Position numbers and translations under genes: made by a program. Below the pieces are notes generated by a model. It saw only the letters and a list, made by a program, of their open reading frames with translations. It did not search any database and was not told the DNA's origin. A DNA stretch of 64,000 bases from an uncultured Alphaproteobacteria bacterium (GTDB lineage Bacteria > Pseudomonadota > Alphaproteobacteria > Rhizobiales > Beijerinckiaceae): assembly GCA_963697785.1 (NCBI GenBank), contig OY969098.1, positions 1,107,386-1,171,385 of the forward strand, given 5' to 3'. Positions 11,629-23,030 of this stretch are shown piece by piece; position 1 is the first letter of the stretch; each line of letters starts with the position of its first letter.

Positions 11629-14274
11629 ATGGCAATCCAACTGGATCACTATTCTCGCGTCTTGGGTCAACACATTTTGGCCAGAAAGCGTTTCTTCGGC
11701 GACCGTTTGGCTTGGCGCTATCTGATAGGTTCCGATGCCGCCCGGAGTTCCTGACAATTGCTGGACGATCTGCGTCCCGGAAGAAACGCCTGTTCCAAAG
11801 ATCGGCGCTCCGATTTGAATCGTTCCGGTGTCGACCGAAGCGACGGTGAGCGTGCTTCCAGAGATCGAGCCGACAAATTTCACATCCGCTGCCGAATCGA
11901 CATTCGTCGCCAAACGCTGAAAACGGATCGGCGTCATAACGACGAAATATGGATTTCGTTCGATTCTCGGGACTCGGTTCTGCTGCCCCGCTACGACCGA
12001 AACGCCAGTCGACATGGTTTCGCCTGTGGGCGCGCTTCAGAGATTTTGCGATGGAGAGATCCGGTTCCCCCCAGTATCCCCGGTAAGCTGCTCCACGATC
12101 AGCGTTCCGGCACCTGCACCAAGAACCGGAGCGCGAGGCTGGATCGAGCCGGTGAAAAGGGTAATAACAGTCAGCGTTGTCCCGACGATATAGCCAGCGA
12201 AGACAGCTGGGGGCGATCCGCCGAGCCTACGATTGTGTCGGTGAAATCGCGGTCAATTTCGTCTCATCTGCTCGTTTGCCACGTCACTTCTACAACGGGG
12301 CATTCGGCGGCGGTCTTGCCAGTGATGCTGGTGCCAAGGTAGGGCGTCGTGGTCCCCGCCATTGATGCGGTGCTCGCAGGCGAACTCAACGTGTCCCCCG
12401 TTTGCTCTCCCGTGATACCAGTGGGTGTTACCACTCTCGTTCCTGCCGTCTTGAGATTTATGATCGGGTTGAAGTAACCGGTCGCCGCGCTACTTTGATC
12501 GATCGTATCGAGGCCATTATATTGATTGGCAACATTCCAAGTCAGCATTCAAAGATTCGAGCCGGTGTCGGCCGTGATGACATCGGCAGTGAATGAGACA
12601 AGAATTCCCCAAACGTTGAATGCAGTGGCTGGTAGCTCGTCCACCGTCTCGAGGTTATCTATATCAATAACTGGAACGGTCGGATAAGCAGCCTGGACTG
12701 TCGCGAGATTATTCGTGCAGGTGTAAATGCGATTGCTATAAGTCCGGAGAGGAGCGTTTTGTGCTCCGCTTGAGCAAAGTCGATATTGTCAGCCCCGCCC
12801 GTCCCGCCTAAGTCGTTCCAGTTTGGAAATGGGTCATTGTCCAAATAGATATTCGTGCCATCTGTCGGCACATTCGGAACGGCGCTCAAGGATGAATTCG
12901 TATCAATATCGAAATTGCTTCCGTTTTGGTCTGCCCCGGTTACTGTGAAGGCGTATCCCTCGTAGGGATAATTGCAATTCCCGCAACTGAAGAATACCTT
13001 CGATCCAGGGAAAGCCCACAATGCTGGACCTAGTGAGTTTGCAGCGGTGAAAAGGCCGCTAGAAATTGAATAATTGCTGTTGTTCACAATTCTCGAACCA
13101 GAGGAACCTAAATCAAGCGGCTCGACCGTCGAAATACTACAGTTGGTTTCGCTGATTGTCTGGCTTCGGCCGAACCCTTCGCTCGGTCCTCCCCGCAACG
13201 TGCCAATTGTCGAGTCGCTGCAAGAAGTATTCTGCGGAGTTCCGTTCAGGTAGACTATATCTGCGCTATCCTTGATGACTGATTGATTGACTCTCGCCGA
13301 GGCGATGAGAAACTCTCAATGTCTCCACCATCAACGATGAAATTGTCGATTAGTTTATCGACTTCAACTTCGCTGTCCGCATTAGTCTGATTGAAATTTT
13401 TCCACACAACAGTCTTCGATGCTGTAGGATAAAAGCAATCCACGTAGTTCGTTGTACAGGTAACATTGTCAAGTTCTACATAACGACCGGAGACAATCTT
13501 TTTCCCTGAGGAGGTCCAAGTTCCTCCTACGATATGAATAGTCAGCGTTCCAACCGGGATCTAATTCGTAGATCGTTGCTGGGCCGCCGCAGGTTGTTCC
13601 GCCGCAGGCTGTTGAGGACAGGCCGTAGCTGGGATATCCAGAGTTGTAGCTGTTCTTTAGACCTGCGCCGTAGAAAGTGATCACTCCGGTGCTGGTTTTC
13701 TCCAATTCCACCTGCTGGTATTCGTAAATGGCTACATTTGGCGGAAAGCTGTTTGACTGCAATGTTGAGTCGGTGAGCACTACCCACAAATTAGCGGGGA
13801 AATAAGCAGCCTGCGCGGCCGTCGAAGTAGTTATTGAAAAGCCCCGGAAGAGACTGTGTTAAACAGTGCATCGGTCTCTTCAACTGGCGTGTTATTTCCT
13901 TGTTGAACGCTGTATGATGACCAATAGGTACAGCCACTCCCAACTGTGATGTCAACGCCCGTGGCAGTAAATTGCCAATTGGGGATGTCTCCAAAAATAC
14001 CTTCACTGACATTGATCCCTGTGCATGTGTCGAAAACGCATGTGCCAGAAACGGTTAGATTGACCAGAGCGCCATTCTGGATAGCAGAATTATCGCGAAA
14101 GGAGTTGGTGGCTAAGACAAGTGCCGGCCCATCATCAACCCCGCCACAGGCGAGAGAGGACTGAATAGTCGTGCTGCCGTGCCAGAAGGCCCGCGGTGCC
14201 TGAAACGGAAAGAAGGTAAGCGCAACGGCAAGAAGGAAAATGAGCCATTTTTTCATTTTCTTCATTCTTCGCAA
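11503..14274 (-). pseudogene. fragmented secreted / phage-like structural protein(s), lower GC by eye
   Basis: Six near-contiguous minus-strand ORFs. The first has a signal peptide, MRRMKKMKKWLIFLLAVALTFFPFQAPRA. Two tandem ~60-aa domains occur: AGYIVGTTLTVITLFTGSIQPRAPVLGAGAGTLIVEQLTGDTGG (12040-12200, off-frame) and FVGSISGSTLTVASVDTGTIQIGAPIFGTGVSSGTQIVQQLSGTPGGIGTYQIAPSQTV. I cannot tell whether this is one gene or several. Confidence 0.35.
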
Positions 14275-14484
14275 CTCAACAACCTGTACAGGCTCAAATC
14301 TTATACGTTGTTCCGGTGCTGTCCTCCACAGTTAGATAGCCGGTGACAACTGGAACACCGGACGCAAGCATTTCCTACCGCGCTGCTTAGCGGAGTAGGT
14401 GCCGGCATGGGTGCTCTTTCGCCGTTTGGTTACCTCTATTTGTAATCGGATACGGCATCCGTACTTGTCTAACAGAAGAGACAT

Positions 14485-15109
14485 TTGGCAGAACTGGCGG
14501 TGAAGGAATTTCAATACCGAGACGCGGAACCTACCTGCGCTAACGCATATCTGTGGCCAGCACTCAGGAACGTCATTGAAACACGCAATTGGCGCCAACG
14601 GGATGCCTTTGATCTGGGATGTGGAAATGGGGCGACATGCAATATGCTTTCTGGGCTTGGTTTTGATGTAGTTGAAGTCGATATATCCGAGAGCGGTATT
14701 GCCAATGCACAAAAAGCATACCCGCATGTCGAAGTCCGCCTAGGGAATGCGTACGATGATCTGGCAAGCCAATATGGAATGTTTCCGTTGGTCGTCAGCC
14801 TAGAAGTGATTGAACATTGCATAGACCCGCAAGGATTTGCGGAAACGTTTCTCAACCTGATCGCCCCCGGCGGCGTTGGATTTTTATCGACGCCCTATCA
14901 CGGCTACCTAAACTTCGCTTGCCGTGAGTGGGACTATGGATCGGCATTTTACGGCGCTTTGGCCGGGCGGTCACGTCAAGTTCTTCTCCGTGAAGACGCT
15001 TGGTAAATTGCTGAGGCAAGCTGGCGCCACTGAAATTCGCTTCATTCGTGTCGGGCGTATTCCTGTGTTGGCAAAGTCGATGGTCGCCGTGGTTCAAAAA
15101 CCAGCTTAG
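14485..15109 (+). pseudogene. class I SAM-dependent methyltransferase, frameshift near 14921
   Basis: AFDLGCGNGATCNMLSGLGFDVVEVD, VVSLEVIEHCIDP and GGVGFLSTPYHGY, then the tail VSGTMDRHFTALWPGGHVKFFSVKTLGKLL in the frame of ORF 14924-15109. Confidence 0.65.
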
Positions 15110-15149
15110 GCACTGCAAGACTTGCCGGCGCCGGCGCGGGAACGGGGAG

Positions 15150-15735
15150 GCGTAATAAAGCGCTTTGTGACTGCGTGTGTCGATACGAACGCGCCGGCTC
15201 ACGCCCACCGAGCAATCTTGATCTCGGTTGCCTGGTGCATATTCGGTGTTACAGGGACGCGTGTCGCTCGCAGCGGCGGATTCGAGTTTTGTCGGTAACC
15301 TACCAAACCGCTCGCCGCTTCGATTGCGATTGGCCCCTAAGTCGAACTTTTGGAGGCCTTGGGCGAGCCGCGTCCTGCGAGAGCGCCGCCAAGCACAATG
15401 ACACGGGCAGGCTGGGGTGCTAATCGATTATCCTGAAAGTGGGAAGCGAGCTTCCGAGGGCCGTAAGAGCAGGCTTTTTGCGGGGGCTGAATGCGCAAAT
15501 ACCGGGCGTGATCCCGCCGCCTATCGAAGGAAGGCGTGAGGGCCGCCGCAGCGGCGTAAGCGGCAGGGATGTCGCCACGACTGTAGTCGTAAGCAAACAC
15601 GGGAAAGTCATAGCGGAAGCTTGCCCGTTCCAAGAATAGCTTCGGGGCGTCCAAGTTCGATAGGGCGCGGACAGCCTGCGTGCTAGGCGAGTCAAATTTC
15701 TGAGTTTTCGGAGGGACGGCGGGCCTCGAGAGCAC
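15150..15735 (-). pseudogene. decayed paralog of the ydcF/DUF218 gene at 20010-20827
   Basis: PARVIVLGGALAGR..GPIAIEAASG parallels PAGIIVLGGALAMD..GPIALGSSGE. Nucleotide similarity is visible by eye between 15325-15420 and 20505-20600. Confidence 0.4.
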
Positions 15736-15744
15736 CAGACTCTA

Positions 15745-15935
15745 GTCGCTCAGAATCGGGCTCGCCGGCGTGATGACGGCTTCACGTGCCCTTTGCAGCA
15801 GGCCGCAAAATTCGCGTTTTCGACATATCGGCCTACGACATTTGGAGTTTTCCAGCCTCCAGCTTGCATAACAAAATGCTTTTCCCCGAAACGATCATAT
15901 CTGCCGAGCGCGAATGTTCGGCGTCCAGGATGGCG
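15745..15935 (-). pseudogene. 3' remnant of a tyrosine integrase gene (paralog of 21046-22002)
   Basis: Reverse translation gives ADMIVSG, then a frameshift, then MQAGGWKTPNVVGRYVENANF. The intact integrase has AAQDMIVSGLSLLPIMQAGGWKTPNVVGRYVENANL. DNA identity is roughly 75-80% by eye. Confidence 0.6.
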
Positions 15936-15990
15936 GAGGACTAGTCGCCCTGTATAAGGAAGTAATCATGTCCGCCGGGGAACGGATCTC

Positions 15991-16771
15991 GTGAGTTTTC
16001 TCGGCGAGATCACCGTGTTGATCTTGACCTATAACGAAGCGGCCAACATCGGACGCGTTCGAGGCGTTGACTGCTTTCGATGATGTCTTGGTGCTCGATA
16101 GCGGCAGCACAGACGACACAGTTGAAATCGTCAATGCTTACCCAAATGCACGGCTAATGGTACGCGCGTTCGATACGCATGCGTCTCAATGGAATCACGG
16201 TCTCGCAGCATGCCAGCGCCCCTGGGTACTAGCATTGGATGCTGATTACATCGTGCCTAAACTCCTCCTCAGTTCAATGGCCGAAATATCGCCGTCCAAA
16301 ACGGTCGCGGGATATGAGGCCGCTTTTGAATACTGGATATTCGGCCGGCGCCTTTCCGCGAGTCTATATCCGCCGGTAGTTGTTCTTTTCCGCCGAGAAA
16401 AAGCATTCTACGTCCAGATTGGTCATACTCAACGGATCAAGGTGGATGGTTCGATCGAGCCTCTTCCTCGATTCATCAACCATGATGATCGCAAGCCCCT
16501 AGGTGATTGGATCGCGTCTCAAGTCAGATACGCGAAATTGGAAGCCGACTACCTAGTGTCGGCTCCTCGGTCTGATTTAAGTCGCGCCGATCGTATCAGA
16601 AGGGTCGGATGGCCGGCTCCGATCCTCGTTTTCTTTTATACTTTGATCGTTAAGCGCTGTGTCTTCGACGGATGGCCCGGTTGGCTTTACATTATGCAAC
16701 GCGTGCTCGCCGAGGTTCTGCTGGCGATCGAGATCGTTGATCGACGATTGCGGCAGCAACTGCATGATTGA
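15991..16771 (+). pseudogene. family 2 glycosyltransferase, frameshift near 16055
   Basis: A GTG-start fragment ITVLILTYNEAANIGR joins ORF 16067-16771 (FDDVLVLDSGSTDDTVEIV, LALDADY). Confidence 0.65.
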
Positions 16772-16901
16772 AGACGAATGGCCAACTTGTTTATCGCGCT
16801 CGGCGCAAGGCACGTCGGCGGATCAAAAAGCCATTGCGCTAAACTAAGTCGGCATCTAGGGAAGTCCGTCGCATCGAACGAATTGTCTAGGACGATTTTC
16901 T

Positions 16902-16990
16902 GTGCGATTGGCCATCCTCTCATACTATCCCATTCCATACCACGCGCCGCTTTTTCGGGCATGGTACAGTTTGAAACAGTTAATCCCAGG
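16902..16990 (+). pseudogene. short N-terminal fragment of a GT4-type glycosyltransferase
   Basis: RLAILSYYPIPYHAPLFRA resembles GT4 N-termini. No glycosyltransferase body follows. Confidence 0.3.
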
Positions 16991-17049
16991 GACTCCGCTT
17001 TTCCTGGAGGCAAAAAATAGCTCTCCCCGATTGAGGCCATCGAGGCGCT

Positions 17050-17878
17050 TCATCGTGACTTCATCTGGATCGAAGCGTTGGTAACGGGGGATGAACCGAT
17101 CACTCGGGGCGAGCGCCCGAAGCTATGGTCTAAGAACAGATCATCAATAAAATTGGGGTGGACCTCACCCCAAAGTTTACTCCAATCAGACGAAACTGTC
17201 CTGAAGCCAGAGCTGCCATTCGGAGTAAAGGAAACAAAGATGCCGCCGGGCCTGAGCAAATGCATCGCATAATCAAACGACTGCGCAGGTGACGGTACGT
17301 GTTCAAGGACGTGAGCCGAGAAAAAGCAGTCGAATTGTGCGGCAAATTTTGCTGCGGCAAAATTCATGTCATCAACTATCTGGATTTCGAGCTTCTCCCG
17401 TGCATAAAGTCTGCGACCGTGAGCAATCTCAAATGCGGTGACCGCGAAGCCGCGCTTGGCGAGTTGGAAGCTGCCGTAACCCCACGAACAGCCATAGTCA
17501 AAAACTTTAAAGCCTGAACTCCACCCCGAGCTGGGTCAAAACGCCAATATAGTACGAATAATCTTTCTCGGTGCCGGCGAAGTTGGTTCGCTTCATCTCG
17601 GCGAGCGCTGCGTCGGACGGCATATCAGTAGTGAACCCTTGCGTATACTCGTTCTCATAATAATCGGCATTGACAGCAGGATCGTCAGTGGGAGTGCGAA
17701 ACATCAATTTACAGTTCTTGCAGCGGCGGAGTTGCGTGAATAGGTATTTGCGCTCGACGACATCACTGCTCGTGCCACGGCAGCTGGGGCATGTAAATCG
17801 AGCGGATGTGAACTGAGCCATCAAACTCCGCTGAAGGTAAGCAAGTTTCTTCATAATAGCCGTAGCCATATCAGACAT
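17050..17878 (-). pseudogene. SAM-dependent methyltransferase with N-terminal zinc-ribbon, frameshift near 17500
   Basis: CPSCRG..RRCKNCKLMF lies in ORF 17507-18016. GFKVFDYGCSWGYGSFQLA occurs off-frame around 17450-17510. VLEHVPSP and LLRPGGIFVSFTPNG lie in ORF 17050-17367. Confidence 0.6.
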
Positions 17879-18236
17879 TTCCCAAAGCTTCGGAGTGACA
17901 CCAGCCGCCATCAGATCGACATCATGTGAGCGTGGTTTTCGGCTTTTTGCTGAAGGCGGTGGTAACTTCGTCATCCTGTGGTTGCCCATGCGGATCGAAA
18001 GATTGCTGCGCTCCACAATTGACGTGCTGATATGCTTCGGGGTTGCCCTTCAATCCGATGCTTCGTCGCGCCGTTGCAAACTGGCGGGCTGTAACGAGGC
18101 TCGCCTTCTCGCCTTCTGGCGCCGGCCCATAGACCTTTACAAGCATCGCATAATCAGTGTCGCCGCCAATTGCGCGCGACAAATCCACGCGTTTGGCTGG
18201 AACTTCCGACCAACGCACGCACCGGAAGACAAACAG

Positions 18237-19979
18237 ATGCTTATCCTTGGATTGAACGCCTTTCATGGGGACAGTTCCGCCTGCGTCATACGAGACGGGG
18301 CGCTGGTTGCAGCGGCCGAGGAAGAGCGTTTTCTCCGAGTAAAGCACTGGGCTGGATTCCCGTAAATCGATCGCCTGCTGCCTGCATGAGGCGGGTGCTC
18401 AGCTATCGGATATAGATCATATAGCAATCAATCAGAATAGCCGCGCCAATCTTGTGGGAAAGCTCCGTTACCTACTGCTACAGCGGCCTGACTGGCAATT
18501 GGTGCTTAGCCGTTTTCGGAACCGAAGCTTGCGCGAAAGAATGCCAGATATACTCACGAAAAGTTTCCCCAGGGCAAAGTTTCGTGGTCAGCTACATCAT
18601 GTCGAGCACCATGTGGCGCATCTTTCATCCGCTTTTCACGTCTCTCCCTTCGAAGAGGCGACCACCATCTCCATCGACGGCTTTGGCGATTTTGCGAGTG
18701 CAGCGTGGGGTAAGGGACGCGGTTCGGAAATTTCTGTCGACGGCCGGATTTACTTCCCCCACTCGCTGGGAATCTTCTATCAGGCTCAACTCAATATTTA
18801 GGATTTCCGCATTATGGCGACGAGTACAAGGTTATGGGGCTGGCTCCTTATGGGAAGCCTCTGCACCTCGATGCGATGCGACAAATCGTTAAAACGAAGC
18901 CCGATGGATCTTTTGAGTTGAGCCTAGATTTTTTCCGCCACCACAAGGAGCGTATTTCCTATGAGTGGAGGAGCGGCTCTCCGGAATTCATTGACCTTTT
19001 TGGCCCTGCGCTGGAAGAGCTTCTTGGTCCTCGTCGTCATCCGACAGACACTCTCGAAGATCGCCACAAGAATATCGCGCGTTCGGTTCAGGCTATGTAC
19101 GAGGAGGCTTTTTTTAACTTCCTCAATGTGCTGCAAGCAAGACACGCATTATCCAACATTGCGATAGCCGGCGGCTGCGCCGCAAACTCCGTCGCTAATG
19201 GAAAGATCCGTCGCATGACGCCTTATAAGCGTGTCTATGTTCAATCAGCAGCTGGCGATGCCGGTGGGGCTATCGGCGCGGGCTTCTCCGTGTGGCACAA
19301 GCTCGGCGGCCAGCGCTCCTTCTCGATGGATCATGCAAACTGGGGGCCTCAGTTCGACGATGTCTACATCGACAAATTGCTTGCCGGACATAAGTCGCGC
19401 ATCACAGAGGCCGGGTGCCGGGTTGAATTTATCTCCAGACTCTGCGGAACTTTGTGCACTGACAGCCCAGGAAATCGCCGCTGGAAAGGTAATCGGCTGG
19501 TTTCAGGGACGCATGGAATGGGGCCCTCGCGCTCTTGGTAATCGATCCATCCTCTGCGATCCGCGCCGGGCCGATATGAAGGACATTTTGAACGCTAAGA
19601 TCAAACGCCGTAAATCGTTCCGGCCCTTTGCGCCTTCAGTCCTGTCAGAGGCCGTCGGAGAGTGGTTTGAAGAGGATGACGACGTGCCGTTTATGATGCA
19701 GGTCTTTCAGGTCCGCGAGGATAAACGGCGCCAAATTCCAGCCGTGCGCACGTCGATGGATCTGGTCGCCTTCAGACTGTTAAGTATTCCGCCAACCCGC
19801 GCTATCACGCCCTGATTTCGCAATTTTTCAAGCTGAGCGGAGTGCCAATGGTGCTCAACACATCTTTCAACGAGAATGAGCCTGTCGTCTGCAAGCCAGA
19901 TGAGGCGCTCGATTGCTTTCTACGCACGAGCATGGATGTATTGGTTCTTGGCAACGCGGTGATCCGGCGCAGGCAGTGA
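18237..19979 (+). pseudogene. carbamoyltransferase (NodU/CmcH family), at least 4 frameshifts
   Basis: MLILGLNAFHGDSSACVIRDG, HHVEHHVAHLSSAF..IDGFGD, MGLAPYGKP, GWFQGRMEWGPRALGNRSIL..SFRPFAPS and TSFNENEPVVCKPDEALDCF..LVLGN are spread over three frames. Confidence 0.75.
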
Positions 19980-20009
19980 GCGTCGCAAAAGCGGACAGCC
20001 GCCGACCTG

Positions 20010-20827
20010 TTACTTGATATTTTGATCTGGAAAGAATTCGTCCGTTTTCCCGGTGAGCCGGTAAACCATCAAACCGACCCATTCCTTCATGGCGATGTCT
20101 ACCTTCAACAAATTATCAGTCACCGAAAAATCTGTGAAATCGGACACATCACCGTTGGTGTGGTAATCGACGGGATAGGCAATGATTGAAAATCCTGCTT
20201 TCCGGAAGACTGCAACGGCTCGAGGCATATGAGCGGCTGACGTCACCATGAGCCAGTGTTGGTCTGGTTTGGGCTGGAGTAACTCCTTCGTAAAGAGCGC
20301 ATTTTCGACCGTGTTGCGTGAGCGACACTCGATGACCAGCCGACTATTCGGCAGCCCCAACCTCGAATAGAACGCTTTTGCCAAATCGCATTCGGGGATA
20401 CCGCCCATTAAATTGCCGGATCCCCCGGTAAAGATCAGGCGCGCATTTGGAAACCGGCGTGCGAGTGCCATTCCTTCCGTCGCACGTTCGCCGCTTGATC
20501 CAAGCGCGATCGGCCCCTTAATCGAATTGCCGGACGCCTCCGCCGAATGGTCCATTGCGAGGGCGCCCCCTAGCACAATGATGCCGGCTGGTTCTGGAAT
20601 GCTATCAATATTCGGAAAAGGGAAGCGATCCTCCAAGGGTCGTAGGAGCAGACTTCCTGTAGGGCAGAATGCACAAATGCCGAGCGTAATGCCGCCTGCG
20701 ATCGAAAGGACCCGTCCAAGTCGCTGCAGCGGCGTAAGCAGCAGACATGTCCCACGACCGTGGTCGCAACTAGCACGAACGATGGCTCAATCAGGAACCA
20801 TCCGATCTTCGAGAGGATGAAGAACAT
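20010..20827 (-). pseudogene. YdcF/DUF218 (ElyC/SanA-like) membrane-anchored protein, one frameshift near 20600
   Basis: The N-terminal TM segment MFFILSKIGWFLIEPSFVLVATTVVG is in ORF 20570-20875. GIIVLGGA, RLIFTGGSGN and WLMVTSAAHMPRA are in ORF 20010-20636. Confidence 0.65.
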
Positions 20828-21045
20828 CAGCGCCCCGCACGGACGATTAACTGAAAACTCGCAACTTAACCTCACCGTTCCATGAAATAGCGCCGATACG
20901 CGTCCAATCTCGGAAGATGGTTAGGCGTCACTTGAATTGCTGCGTTTGACATCGTTTTTTGTCTTCTTTCCTGGCAAAACACGGGCGAAATCACCGTGGG
21001 AGCCCTCCAAGCATCACGGGCCTGTTCGGTCCTATACGGGCGGGT

Positions 21046-22002
21046 TCAGTATCGCGACGCCGCCGCAGCTTCGCGTGCTCTTTGTAAGAGGGGCGCAAGG
21101 TTAGCGTTCTCGACGTATCGGCCCACTACATTCGGCGTTTTCCACCCACCAGCCTGCATAATCGGCAAAAGACTTAATCCCGAAACAATCATGTCCTGCG
21201 CTGCGCCCACGCGCATCGAGTGACTTGATAGGCCATTGACGACCTGGGCGGACAGACCGGCGGCCCGGGCCGTCCGCTTTAAAATCCGATTGATCGAGTA
21301 GGGGTGGAGAGCGCGATTGCCGATGCAGTGGCCACGGACGGCCGTAAAGATGTAGCCCGAGTCGATTTGTGCCGCTTTCAACCAGCCGCGAACCAGCGTC
21401 AGGGTTTCAGGTGAAACATATCCAAGCCTACCTTCTCCATAGGGATCGCTTTTGGACCGTCTTATGAAAATCTGAGCAGATCTGCGAAACGGGGAGTTGA
21501 GATCCTCCACCCGCAAGCCGACCAATTCCGAGCGTCGACAAAGCGTGTCGTACCCGAGCATGATCATCGCACAATCGCGCGCTCCGGCTAGCGTTTTTGG
21601 ACAAGCAGCGATCAAGAGATCTCTTAGATCAATCGTGAGCCCCAATGCTTGTCGCGGTCTAGCGCGCTTCTTCCGCAGCGCTCGCCGTAAAGCAATGGTG
21701 ACCTCTTCGTCAGTTACAGGACTTTCCATTCGGAGAAGCCGATGGATTTTGCGAATAGCCGCCAGCCGACGCTTGAGGGTCGCCGCCGAAGAGTGCTCTG
21801 TTTGGTCCGCGATGAAGGTGGCAACTGTTTCAGCCGTTGCAGGGAGGGGGCTGCGTCTTTCGACGCTGCACCAAACGTCAAATGCTTCGAAATCACACCT
21901 GTAGGCTTTGAGAGTGCTAGCAGCATAAGCCCCCTCAAGACGCCTCAAGGCAGTCCTCCAATCGGCACGGAGGGACTTGCGTTGTCGCGAAGGGGCAGTC
22001 AT
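21046..22002 (-). CDS. tyrosine recombinase / island integrase
   Basis: Intact 318 aa with a LCRRSELVGLRVEDL Arg box, SSHSMRVGAAQDM (HxxR) and GGWKTPNVVGRYV (catalytic Tyr region). Confidence 0.85.
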   Translation of the reverse strand: MTAPSRQRKSLRADWRTALRRLEGAYAASTLKAYRCDFEAFDVWCSVERRSPLPATAETVATFIADQTEHSSAATLKRRLAAIRKIHRLLRMESPVTDEEVTIALRRALRKKRARPRQALGLTIDLRDLLIAACPKTLAGARDCAMIMLGYDTLCRRSELVGLRVEDLNSPFRRSAQIFIRRSKSDPYGEGRLGYVSPETLTLVRGWLKAAQIDSGYIFTAVRGHCIGNRALHPYSINRILKRTARAAGLSAQVVNGLSSHSMRVGAAQDMIVSGLSLLPIMQAGGWKTPNVVGRYVENANLAPLLQRAREAAAASRY

Positions 22003-22069
22003 GTTTGGGCCACTTTGTGGCGCGTAGAGGACATAAATGACCTTATAATGCCACTATCGAGGTTGTCAA

Positions 22070-22327
22070 TTGATCACCGGCGCCCAAGTTCGCTCGGCAC
22101 GAGCTGCTCTCGGCTGGTCCCCTTCGGCTCTCGCTGACAGAGCAGGTGTTAGTGTGCGCACTCTGATGCGGTTCGAGCAGGTCGATGGGATTCCCCCCAG
22201 TCGTAGTTCAAATCTCTTGGCAGTGAAGAATGCCTTAGAAGCCGCAGGTATCGAATTCATTGGGACGCCTGACGATGCGCCAGGCATTCGTGTCAGACAG
22301 AGTGAACCGGGGAAAGTCGTTCCTTAA
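22070..22327 (+). CDS. XRE-family helix-turn-helix transcriptional regulator
   Basis: ITGAQVRSARAALGWSPSALADRAGVSVRTLMRFE is a typical HTH_3. It is divergent from the integrase. Confidence 0.75.
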   Translation: MITGAQVRSARAALGWSPSALADRAGVSVRTLMRFEQVDGIPPSRSSNLLAVKNALEAAGIEFIGTPDDAPGIRVRQSEPGKVVP

Positions 22328-22403
22328 GCTGTTAGCGGGCGTTTCCGCTTGGTTTCCATTGGGCTAAATTGCTGCTTGGACACCAATTCGGAAGGGAGCG
22401 TCT

Positions 22404-23030
22404 ATGTCGCCTCAAGTGCACCAGCTCGTCCCCGCCGAGCGCAAAGACATTGCACCTCCTCCTGGCTTAGAGACCCTTCTGGACCGCCTATCTTGTTGGA
22501 GGGAGAGGACGGTGCTGCTTACACGGCCTTAAATCAGCGGATCCGCGACGCGGTCGTGCCCAAGGACATTATTGAAGACATCTGGGTTCGAGTCATCGAT
22601 ATGGTTTGGGAGACGATGCGCCTTAGGCGCTTCAAAGCCAAGTTTATGAATACCTCCGCCTCATCGCTTGATCGGCGGTTGTGTTAGGGCCTGGACGACG
22701 GACCCGGAACAGCTTCCGGGCTTGATGCCGCCCGAACCAAGCGAGCTGGCCGAGGGTTGAAATCGTCAGGCCCCCGCGTCGATCGCGATAGTGAATGCTC
22801 TTCTCAAGGAGCGGCATATCGATCACGAAGAAATCGCGACGCAGACGTTCGTATCCGACCTCGACACTTTAGAGCAAATCGATCGCATGATCATGCAAGC
22901 CGAAGGCCGCCGAATGTCGGTGTTGCGCGAGATCGAGCGCCATCGGGGAGCTTTGGCACAGCGTCTGCGGGAAACGGCGGGGAAAATTGAAGAGGCCGAG
23001 TTCAGGGAAATTCCCGAAGGCGAGGGGCTA
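22404..23030 (+). pseudogene. integrase-associated conserved hypothetical protein, frame-disrupted
   Basis: ATG at 22404 follows GGAAGGGAG. The pieces DIIEDIWVRVIDMVWETMRLRRFKAKF and ALLKERHIDHEEIATQTFVSDLDTLEQIDRMIMQAEGRRMSVLREIERHR lie in different frames. Function unknown. Confidence 0.3.

Noticed and set aside
20876-21045. A tRNA or tmRNA attachment site next to the integrases (also examined at 23600-23980 and 15736-15745).
   Set aside because: I could find no cloverleaf-compatible sequence or GGTTCGAATCC-type T-arm by eye. tRNAscan was not run, so this is a weak negative.
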